From positions 60,534,832-60,598,831 of the forward strand of contig NC_068991.1 of the NCBI RefSeq assembly GCF_001194135.2: DNA of 64,000 nt, read 5' to 3'. The translations under genes were made by a program, and so were the position numbers. This stretch comes from Octopus bimaculoides. Its lineage: Eukaryota. The notes below the pieces were generated by a model. It searched no databases. It was given only the letters and a program-made list of their open reading frames with translations, and was not told where the DNA came from. Positions 1 to 12,000 of this stretch are shown here, piece after piece (within the stretch, counting starts at the first letter, position 1; each line of letters begins with the position of its first letter).

Positions 1-709
1 GACTCAATGATGAAATCCTTTTTGCAAACTGTGCAGGATAAAAATTCATTGTTGAATGGAAGATAAAAAATTTTTTGAGACAATTATAATAGCAACCCTT
101 TAGCATTTAAATTATTGTCAAATGTAATGCTTATTTATTCAAATTGTTTTGAATTTATCATGCATTACCTCATAGCTTTCAGATTTCAATGATAGGATTG
201 TATATTTTTAGAATGATATGTTGGTGCTTCGTAAAAAGCTCCCAGTACACTGTAAAGTGGTTGGCATTAGGAAGGGCATCCAGCCATAGAAACCATGCCA
301 AAACAGACAACTGGAGCCTGCTGCAGATCTTAGGCTTGCCAGTTCCTGTACAATCCATGCCAACATGGAACATAGACAAAATGATGAAATGATGATATTA
401 TAGGGTAGGTGTGAGAGACCAGATCTAGCTGGTTTGAACATAAAACAGGTAGAATATATGACTGGTTTAAATGCTAAAGGGTTAACAACGTTTTTTTTAC
501 ATTTCAATGTTTATAATAATAACGGTTTCAAGTTTTGGCACAAGGCAAGCAATTTTACAGGAAAGGGGTTAGTTGATTATAGAGGCCCCAGTATTCATCT
601 GGTACTTTATTTTATCAACTCCAAGAAAAATCACTGATTAATGATTTAATAACTAGTTTTTGGAGGATTTTTATAAATTACATTTCATATAATAGCTAAA
701 ATGTGATCG

Positions 710-738
710 TTAATTGTTTCCAACAGAAGTTAAATCTT
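710..738 (-). CDS. BDP1: Candidate BDP1 terminal coding exon (EDLTSVGNN*)
   Basis: Strong acceptor cacttttttttttcag| in the required phase 1, followed by TAA. Confidence 0.5.
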
Positions 739-3003
739 CTGAAAAAAAAAGTGAAATGGGTGAATGGGCACACAGAGATAATTCTATATGATAACCTATG
801 ACAATATATGAAATGTCATCTTTTCTGAAAATGATTACATCACTTGATACTCTGTTAACTAGTCTAGTCATAGCTCTGTGTCTGTCTCTCTTCAATAACA
901 TGCTGCCACCACTAAATGGGGCTGTACTATATGGTCAGTTAGCCTTTTTGTTCAAGTATAGTACTCTATTTCATAACTTTACATAAACAGCAGACCTGGA
1001 ACATGTGGAACGTAAAAATGAAAACAATTTGATAAATGGTACCAGAGTGAAGCTGAACACAGATATAAATACACACACACGAGGTTCTGTACAGTTTCTG
1101 TCTACCAAATTTCACTAACAGGGCTCAGTCAAGCCAGTGAAATAACAGAAGATGCTTGCCAACATGGCACAAAGTAGTACCAAACATGAAACTACATGGT
1201 TACAAAACAAACTTATTAATCACACTTCCATGCGTTCACCTAGAGACAATAGTGTGGTCAAGTTGCTAGCTTTCCAACCATATGGTTTCACATTCAGTCC
1301 CACTGTATGGCACCTAGAACAAGTGTTGTTTCTCCTATAGCCCTGGTCCAAATAAAGCCTTGTGAGTGGATTTGGTAAACAGAAACTGATTGAGGCCAGT
1401 CATATTATATAGCTCACAACAACTATGTCACTCAGTGCATAGATGTGCCAGCCTATGTGTAGATGCATGACCTAATTTGCAGACAAACACAGTGTGTTAA
1501 AGAATCAGTGTGAAAACATAAGAAAAAGAGTGTGTTGACAATTCAGTTGTTACACAATACTGAAGGTACAAAGGGAAAGACAAGAAGAAATGAAAACCAT
1601 TAACAAAAAAGTTAACCTTTCTTTTGTTTTTTCTTGGGAGTATTTGCAGCTGCTGTTTTATTATTCTTCTTTATTTTGGCAGTTTTCTCTTGCTTTGTCT
1701 TCTTGGCAGAAGCTTCCTCTTCGTCTGCTTCATCTTCACTTTCAGATTTGTCTTCAAACAAATGTTCATCAAAATGTAGCTGTTGTTCTGCACATAAACA
1801 CATAAACAACAGCAAAAATTTATTCTCAAACCGTTTAAAAGAGAAGCATATTTGGGTCAATAATGAATGTAAGATGAAAGGGAAATCTTTTCATCTTGGC
1901 AGGAAATACTATTCACATATTTCAAGTGTAAATGTGTTAGTGATCTTAAGTACCGAGGAAAAACTGAGTGACTACTTACTTATTGCTTTGTCTATCAGCC
2001 ATCTGTTTTTTCTCTCTTCACGTTTAAATTTATTCTATTATATAAAATAATATTCAATAAGCAATAATAGGATAAAATACATTTTCTTTAAAGCACTGAA
2101 TTAGTTATAATAAATGCATTGCTTTACAAAAACAAAAAATACTTTCCAATATAAACACAAAGCTATAAATTGTGGAGAGTACAGTCAATTAGTTCAACCC
2201 CAGTATTTGACTGGTATTTAGTTTATAGACTCCTACCTTGTCATAACCATTGAAAGGATTTGAACTTAGAATGTGAAGGGGTGTAACTAAATACAACAAG
2301 GTATTTTCTCTGCCAATCTTCACTAGTTCTGTCAAATCACAAAATGCTTATGAAATATGAAACTAGAATTACATGCAAAATGAATTAAAAACGAAAATTA
2401 AACATTCAAGCCATCAACATCTTCATTTAGCATCCATTTTTCCATGCTTGCATGAATCAGACATAATTTGTTGAGGTAGGTTTTCTATGGGTTGAATCCT
2501 TTCCTGATACTAACTCTCACCTGTTTCCAAACAAGGTAATATTTTCCCATGGTCAAACATGCTATGACTATGATGATCATTCAAAAACATTATGTCACAA
2601 CAAGGGTACACATACACAAATACATTTTTTTTATTTATATATATATATTTATATTAAGGGCATTACTATACATAAATGCCTCACGCTAGGAGGGACTCTG
2701 AAAGTCAAAACTACCATAATAAACACATTGTACCGAATTATGAAATCATATGATCTGCAGCTGAGTCTGGTTTTAAAAGGCTCGCTTCAAGAGTTGCATT
2801 CCCTCGCGTTCGGTAAAATGTGTTTATTATGGTAGTTTTGACTTTCAGAGTCCCTCCTAGCATGAGGCATTTATGTATAGTAATGCCCTTAATATAAATA
2901 AATATATTTATAGGGAATAATTAATAAATTTTTTCCCTTATGAGGTTTTTCACGCTAACTAATTGATAAATTCTTATAAAGATTTTATCCTATATTTAAA
3001 TTG

Positions 3004-3041
<38 letters not shown>

Positions 3042-6000
3042 GTGTGTATGTGTCAATATTATTGCATTCACTTTGCATGCTTGTACATGATTGAGTCTAT
3101 TTATGGTAGCTACAAGTTCAATGTAACACCTTGGTTATTTATTTGTGATAAAACTTCAATGTAAAGGATCATATATAAAATACAACTGTATTTGGATAAA
3201 CACTGAACAACATGACAAATATGAAATTCTAATAGAATTAATACTGACCTTTAGATCTCTCCTAGTTTTATTGGGAAACAAATTTGACATCATTGAGAAA
3301 TCAGTTCCAACTGTACTTAGAGCCAAGAAAAATTTCTTTGTTTCTGAAGATAACAAAATTTAAAAAGGAACAAAATGAAAAATAAAATTTAAAACAGAAT
3401 TAGAAGTTTGAATTTGAAAAGGAGAAATACATCTTCTTTGAACCTCGATTTCAAATTTCTAATCCCACTAAATATTATGCAAGAAATTATTATCTCCCTT
3501 ATACTAACGAGACACTATGTATTTAAAAAAAAGGTCCTTTAACAAAACTTAGTTACCACACTTTTACAATACAAAATATGTTTCTTTTGACTAGTTAAAA
3601 GATCAGTTCAGTGCTGACATGGGTATAGTCAGTTTAATTGAAATTAAAAATATCAAGTCTATACAACATTCTTGTCAATAAATTCTCCAATATTCTATTA
3701 ATCATGAAATGAAAATTCTGGGTAATATATTTCAAGAATTGTTAGAGCAAATAATTTTAGTTCACTGAGAGGTTACAGCTTGGTACTATGGACATGTGGT
3801 TAAAATGCCACAGAGAAGGACTGCAAGACAGATTCTTCTTTAAGCCAATCCAACTGGCAGGAGACCTAAGAGCAAGATGGTTGAAGGATATCCATAGTGT
3901 CAGTCGGTCATACTTGGAATTCAGCCATAAAATGTAATGGTAATTGCTTCTGATAAAATTTATAGAAGAAATGCCTGAGGACTCTACCACAACGACCTTC
4001 CCAGCAATAGTAGGTAGTGAAAACAAATGGATGGATGTCTTTCAAACAGATAACCAACACTCAACATTGTTGTGAAGGTGAATTCTATTTTCAGTTAGAC
4101 ACACACTGACTAAAGTTGACTGGTGATAGGCTAAGTAAAGGTTTGACCTTCAGCCCAATATTTCAGAATCTTAGCCATCCCAAAGAACAGGGCAGGGTTG
4201 TTAAAAAAAAAAAAAAATTTCCAAAGGAAATACTTACCTTTCAGAGACCATTTAGACTTGGGAGTATATTTCCGGAAACTACCATAATTTGAATAAATAT
4301 CCGTCTCGTCTACAGTCTCAGAGCAAATAGGAGCTGATGGTTGAGTATTGCTGATTACTAAACTGTAGAAGGAATTAAGAAATATTTACAGCAGAAGAAA
4401 ACTGAAGATCATCATCATCGTTTAACGTCTGCTTTCCATGCTAGCATGGGTTGGACAATTTGACTGAGGACTGGCGAACCAGATGGCTGCACCAGGCTCC
4501 AATCTGATCTGGGAGAGATTCTACAGCTGGATGCCCTTCCTAACGCTAACCACTCCGAGAATGTAGTGGGTGCTTTTACGTAGCACGAGCACGAGGGCCT
4601 GTCAGGCGGTACTGGCAACAGCCACGCTCAAATGGTGTTTTTTACGTGCCACCTGCACAAGAGCCAGTCTAGCAGCACTGGCAACAATCTCGCTCAAATG
4701 TTTTTTCAGATGCCACCGGCACAAGTGCCAGTAAGGCAACGCTGGTAACAATCACACTGCCGGTAAGATGACGCTGGTATAGGAATAAAATTAGCAGTAG
4801 TGTAAGTACACGAAACCTTGGTTTATGAATTTCATGCGTTCCTGAAGGCCGGTCATCACCCAAAATGTTTGTAAAATGAAACTATTTATCCCATAAGAAA
4901 GTCAAGAGAAAGCAGTTAATCAGAGCAAAGATGTGCAGGGTGAAAGCTAGACAACTGATGCTCTCCTTTTGATACGCCCAGCTTGTTGCCAACTGTTGTT
5001 GCTGGTATGCATGTTTGTTACTTGAAATACTATTCATCACCCAAGATGTTTTATGTTAAAAAATTGTTTGCAAACTGATTTGTCTGTGATGAGAGGCATT
5101 CATAAACCAAGGTTCCACTGTATTACAGAGTGTTTCCTCAATATGAATTCTAAAATATTCTGACAAATTTATTAAAGTAGAGAATTACCTAACATCATCA
5201 TCATCATCATCATCATCGTTTAACGTCCGCTTTCCATGCTAGCATGGGTTGGACGATTTGACTGAGGACTGGTGAAACCGGATGGCAACACCAGGCTCCA
5301 GTCTAATTTGGCAGAGTTTCTACAGCTGGATGCCCTTCCTAACGCCAACCACTCAGAGAGTGTAGTGGGTGCTTTTACGTGTCACCCACACGAAAACGGC
5401 CACGCTCGAAATGGTGTCTTTTATGTGCCACCCGCACAAGCCAGTCCAGGGGCACTGGCAACGATCTCGCTCGAAAATCCTACGGGAGCCAGTCAGGTGG
5501 TACTGGCAACGGCCACGCTCAAAATGGTGCATCTCNNNNNNNNNNNNNNNNNNNNNNNNNNNNNNNNNNNNNNNNNNNNNNNNNNNNNNNNNNNNNNNNN
5601 NNNNNNNNNNNNNNNNNNNNNNNNNNNNNNNNNNNNNNNNNNNNNNNNNNNNNNNNNNNNNNNNNNNNNNNNNNNNNNNNNNNNNNNNNNNNNNNNNNNN
5701 NNNNNNNNNNNNNNNNNNNNNNNNNNNNNNNNNNNNNNNNNNNNNNNNNNNNNNNNNNNNNNNNNNNNNNNNNNNNNNNNNNNNNNNNNNNNNNNNNNNN
5801 NNNNNNNNNNNNNNNNNNNNNNNNNNNNNNNNNNNNNNNNNNNNNNNNNNNNNNNNNNNNNNNNNNNNNNNNNNNNNNNNNNNNNNNNNNNNNNNNNNNN
5901 NNNNNNNNNNNNNNNNNNNNNNNNNNNNNNNNNNNNNNNNNNNNNNNNNNNNNNNNAGCATGGCTGTTCGTACGGATGCGTCATACAGTCTGCCTTTTAC

Positions 6001-9000
6001 TCTGAGTGAGAGTCCCTTTGTCGCCAGCAGGGGTAAGAGCTCTCTAAACTTTGCCCAGGCTATTCTTATTCTAGCAGCTACACTTTCAGCGCACCCATCC
6101 CCACTACTAACTTGGTCGCCCAGATAGCGGAAGCTATCGTCTACCTCTAGTTTTTCACCCTGGAATGAGATAGAAGTTGTTTCCTGTTTGTTTACAGTCT
6201 TTATTGCACCTGAACATCTGCCACAAACAAAAACTAACTTGCTAGTCAACCTGCCTTTGATGTTGCTGCACCTCTTATGTGTCCATAGCTTGCACCGGGT
6301 ACATCCTAGAAGTTAAATAGCAATATGACTTTGGATTAACTTTAATGGATTACCTTTCTTCATTGATAACAATGTTTCCATCGGCACCAATCTTAACCTG
6401 AGGCACTGCAAAAGGCTCGTTTTCATTACTTTGTGTTTCAGGGACCTTAGGTGGCGTTTCTTCTCCAATTCGTATTGTCCGAGTAGTTTTCTTTTCGGGA
6501 GATCTGTAAAATTAAACATGGAGAAGAAGGATAACGATAAAACCACAGCAGATATTAATACATTACAAAATTTCATAATTATTCATCATCATCATCGTCG
6601 TTTAACGTCTGCTTTCCATGTTGGCATGGGTTGGACGGTTTGACTGGTGAGGCTTAGGGTTAGGGTTAGGGTGAGGACTGGTGAGCCAGAAGGCTGCACC
6701 AGGCTCAATCTGATCTGGAAAAGTTTCTACAGCTGGATGCCCTTCCTAATGCCAACCACTCCAAGAGTGTAGTGGGTGCTTTTGCGTGCCAGCAGTACAA
6801 GGACCAGTCAGGCAACGACCACACTCAAAAGGTGTTTTTTGCATGCTATCTGAACGGGAGCCAGTCCGGCGGCACTGGCAACAACCACGCTCGAATGTTG
6901 TTTTTCACATGCCACTGGCACATGTGCCAGTAAGGTGAAGCTAGCAACAATCATGCTCAAATGGTGCTTTTTACAGGCCACTAGCACAGGAGCCAATCCA
7001 TTGCAATTTTCACCATTTTCCTTTTTGATAATTTTGACCGACTTAATATCATCATTTTAACATCCACTTTTGCATGGGTTGGAAGGAGTTTATTGAGGCA
7101 GATTTTCCATGAATGGATACCCTTCCTGTTGCAAACTCTTACCTGTTTCGAAGCAAGGCAAATATTTCTCCATGGCTAGACATATTTTTGCAGAATATTA
7201 GAAATAAATGACACTGTTTCTATGACAGTGACAATCATGTAATGTCAAGAGAAGGAGACACATACATACAATGGGCTTCTTTCAGTTTCCATCTACCAAA
7301 TCCTTTCACAAGGCTTTGATTGGTCACGTACTATATAAGAAGACACTTGCCCAGTGGGTCACACAGTGAGACAACCTAGAACCATACTAGTATTAAGATT
7401 CTTGCATCTTAATACAAGTATATAAATTGATGGGGCGAATATTTCTACAGTTGGATATTGCTAATAGATGGTCAGTTCTCTTTGAATAACCATACCTCCT
7501 GTCAGCTTTGAGCAGCTTTAAAATATGGAGTTACCATAAAGATATCTCATATATCAACTCAATAGAGCCTTCACTGTGGAATACCAAAAATCTCTTCTAA
7601 ATCACTTCAAATAACAGCATAATGATATCTTCCCAACCACCTCCCTAAAGTTTTAAGATACTTACTTCATAGGACTTGATACTGGATTCCAATATATTAA
7701 ATCCCTCATTTTCATTTTAGATCGATCTGGTGGCTTGTCAGCAGGATGTTCGGAAAGGTCAGGCTTCTTTTGTTTCTGAAAGCATCCAGGAATAAGTTTC
7801 TTAACAACTAGTTTTTTTGTTGTTTTGCCTTTTAATTTGAATTTTATAAATTTTCTTTTTTAAATCTAGTTTTGTCACTCATAACAATTATTTAAACTTT
7901 TTTACCGATTTTAACCACTGAGATGTTCAAATTCCTTAACATTTAAATGCAGAAGAAGAAAGATCCAGCTAATATAAGTTGTAGATTTACAAATTATAAG
8001 GTGGTTGTTAGCACACTGGACAAATCACCATTCTTCTAAATCCTAATGTATCTTGTGTAGTCTGTATTGGTTTATTGTGTCTGGTTATAATATGGCAAGC
8101 TGGAAAAATTAATTGCATGTTGGACAAAATGCTTAGCAGTATTTTGTCTGCCTTTATGTTCTGAGTTCAAATTCTACCAAGGTCAAATTTGCCTTTCATC
8201 CTTTTGGGGTCGATAAAATAAGTATCAGTTAAGCCCTGGGGTCAATGTAATCAACTTAACCCCTCCCTCCAAATTGCTAGCCTTGTGCCACAATTTGAAA
8301 TCAATGTTTATTCTGCCTTTAAGGTGGTGCAAGATGGCAGAGCCGTTAGCACACCTGGCAAAATACTTAGTGGCATTTCAGCCATTCTGAGGTCAAATTC
8401 TGTCAAGGTCGACTTCACCTTTCATCCTTTCTGGGTTGATAAAAGAAGTACCAATTGAACAGTGGGGTCAGTGTAATCAATTTACTTGCTTTCCTGAAAT
8501 TGCAGGCCTTGTGCTAAAATTTAAAACCAGTTATGTCTGGTTAGTATTTTCACTGATATGGAAGAAGGATGAGAAGGAGAACAATGAGGGGAGGATGAGG
8601 AGGAACATCCAATTAATAAGCCTCATTAGATGGCAAGGAATGAGAAAGGCCTCTTAATTAGCAACTGGAAAAGGTCAATTGGTCAATGTACCAAATGGTT
8701 GATAGAAGCAGGAGAGCAAATAGTTAGTTCCATATAGTAAGCAAAGTGATGAAAGAACATCAGGTTAACCCCATGGAATCCACCACAAAGATCAATGAAA
8801 AACATTCAATTAACTCCCCACATGAAAGTCACACAAATGTTTATTTGAGAAACAGTGAATGAAAAAAGACTTTACCTCTCGAAGAGGAAGAGTTTTTCTG
8901 GATTTTGTAACTGTCTTAGGCAAGGTGACCGGATAATCCTTCTGTTTGGTGTTGTCTACATGGCTATCATCCTTCATGGTCCTTGGAACTTTGGGAGGAG

Positions 9001-12000
9001 TGCTGCAATAGTAAAATGGTATTAGTAGTGATAGAATATTGGTAATAGTAGTTGTACTAGTAGTAGTGGTGGTGGTGATAATAGTTGTAGTAGTAGTAGA
9101 GCTACAACTGTACTAGTAGTGTTATTTGTAGTTTATTGTGGTCACAGAGCTAGTAGAAGTGTTAGTAATAGTTTAGTGGTAGTAGTGCTACTAATAGAAT
9201 ATAGAATGCAAGACACAAAGATATCTCATATATCAACTCAATAGAGTCTTCACTGTAGAATACCAAAAATCTTTTCATTTCAAATAACAGCATAATGATA
9301 TCTTCCCAACCACCTCCCTAAAGTCTTAAGATACTTACTTCATAGGACTTGTAGCATTTCCCCCAAAGATATGTTTCAAAGAATCATCCCAGATACTATA
9401 AAAGGAATCATGCTTCCCATAAGCTTTAATGCACTAAAACCTTTCATTGGCCTTAATATGTGCTGCTGAAATGGAGGGGATTCTAATATGTCTGTGCGTC
9501 TTTTATGCCATTAAAAATGGTAGTTAGAGAAGTATTATCAACCCAATATGCAGAGATGACTGTGTGAGAGAAAGAGGGTGTGTAGGAGTGTGTGTCAGAA
9601 GAGAGGGTTCTAAATAGAGGAGGGGGAAGTGTTCAGTAAAGTCATAAGACATATACTAATTAGTGAAATTAGGAGAATAAACTTCTTCAGTGATTAATCT
9701 GAACAAATATGTAGCTTGATAGCCAACGAAGGCCTTCTTACATCAAAAGAATGATGAGAAAATCGAGGTAGTTGAAATGTGAAGTAGTGTACCATGAAAA
9801 CAAATGGAAACATCTCCCACAGGTCTGAAGTATTTTAAGACAGCAAGAAATGTTTGCTGTATGGTCTAGGGGAAGAAACTAATTATGGATAGCAAGAAAC
9901 AGAACTCCAGTTACCACTGGTGGTATTCATGCAGAGACTGCAATTTTTAATCTAAAAGAGCTGCATCAGAAATTGATGTTTTTTTCACTAAGAAAAGGTA
10001 TGTTAATCAGGCAGAAGATTTTTCTATTGAATGTATTTTTCTTTTTTATCTTACACAGGAGTGGTAACTGAATGAATAAAAAAACAAAAATTCAGGTTTT
10101 GAAACATAATATAACTATCTTTTTAAATAGTTGTTTGAAATAGCTGTTTCAAACCACATTTTTCTCTTCCAATATTTAAATAAAAACATGCAAAACTATA
10201 TATATAGATATATATATAAGTCAGAGATATCTTACTGGTCTGTAGAAGATCCATCTGGTTCTGAATTGACCAGCTTAGTAAAGCTATTGGCAGTTCCCAA
10301 ACTTTTAACAGCTTTGGTTGAAGGTAATTTGGAGATGGTTGGTTTCAAATTTTTTGTTGACTTTTGAGTTTCTTGGTTTACACATTCTTCAGTTGTGTTC
10401 TCTGGTCTTTTAGTAATTCCCAACTTTGGTCGTACTTGAAACTTTGAACGTCTTGAAACAGGGGATTTGGTTCTAGACAGAAAATATAAAAGAAAATGGA
10501 GAAAGACTGAAATATTGATTTCAAATTTTGGCACAAGATCAGCAAGTTTGGGGAGTGGTTAAGTTGGTGTCATCAACCCCAGTGCTTAACTGGTATTTAT
10601 TTTATCAACCCTGAAAGGATGAAAGGCAAAGTCAACCTCGGCAGAATTTGAATCCAGAACATTAAGACGGACAAAATGCCACAAAGCATTTTGCCCAGCA
10701 TGCTAATGATTCTGTTAGCTAGCTGCCTTAGAAAGAATGAAATACGGCCATGTACTTTAAAACAATTCAGCTTATGAATAATTTACAGTTTAGTACCACA
10801 CAACTTGAATTCAGATCTTGGCAAGTATAATTTCTTTTTGTTCATAAGTTGATAAAATAAATCAGTAATATAAAAGAGGAGAGGGGAAACTAAATGGATT
10901 GACTGACTCAACCTACCCCATCAATCATATTTGTATGATGTTGTACTTTTGCTTTAATGTCATGTGAATACATAACAACATAAATGAAATACACGAGTAA
11001 GACTGGGACATAAAAAAAAATTAGGCACACAAACTGTATTGTGATATCTTCATAAACAAGTTTGACATGCCTCGTAGATAAACATACACTTATGGTGCAG
11101 GCATAATAAATTTTTTTTTAATGCTTCTGGTGTTCCTTGACACTTCTAGTGCCTTCTTCAGCGTGCTGTGGATGAAAATGGTTGAAAATCACTGCATGAT
11201 CCCATTTCTTCCATCTTCTCAGCTGAAAATTGGGTATAACTTCTCCCCACCTTTATAGTTGATTACATTGAATTACCAAACAGAACAGTTGTCTAAAAGT
11301 TGAACACCTACTAAATCTATTGTGTTGTGATATAGGGATACAATGCAATTTATCTGGATGTATCACACAGCTTGCTTCATTTGCCTCGCTGAAAACTTTT
11401 CACAGTTGAAGAGTTAAAAGTAGGTAAAACATCAATAGTCTAAATAACTTGCTCCAACAATTTGTAAGAAAATATCATAATTTGAAAACATAAAACTACT
11501 GAAATTGAGAAAGAAAACCAGAAATAGTTCCAATTATAAAGATGAAGAAAATATTGAGACAACTTACTCAAGCTCTTGGCTTTTAGAAACATTTGTAGCA
11601 GCAGCAACAATTTCATCAGAAGATTTTATCTGTGGAATCAGTTTGTTTTTCTCACTTAGTGATGATGAGTCTGTCACATCACCAGATTCTGCTGATGGAC
11701 TGAGGGATTCCACCTGACTGCTTGAACATATTTCTGAAGTGGCACTTTTTGGTGATGGAGATGCTTCAGGTTCAGCTGAAAGGGGTGTCGGGTCACTGAA
11801 AATTGATCAATCATATTCAGTTGCTAGATAAAGTGGAAATTGTTAATCTATATCTGTGTCTACTTTCAACTGGTTAATCTATTATATTCTTAAGATAAGT
11901 CATTTTGGTGCTCCTAACAGGAAGCATAGCCTTAACTTCAAAAAGAATAAAAACACTTCCAGTCAGTCTATCTTTGCATCTAACTTAAGCTTTGTAAGAC

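Larger units (their letters stand above)
7538..9351 (+). repeat. Local 135-140 bp direct duplication (7538-7678 and 9217-9351) that includes a BDP1 exon end and splice donor
   Basis: aaagatatctcatatatcaactcaatagag...cctccctaaagt(t/c)ttaagatacttacttcataggacttg at both sites. Confidence 0.92.

Noticed and set aside
1634-2050. 138-aa plus-strand ORF with poly-Ser
   Set aside because: Antisense to two BDP1 exons.
4415-4863. Recurrent 60-100 aa ORFs such as WLALGRASSCR and LQLDALPNANH at many positions
   Set aside because: Translations of the family B repeat, not a gene family.
5272-6249. Long ORFs spanning N-gaps (also 27914-28390, 35770-36245, 47246-48154)
   Set aside because: Their length comes from Ns translated as X.
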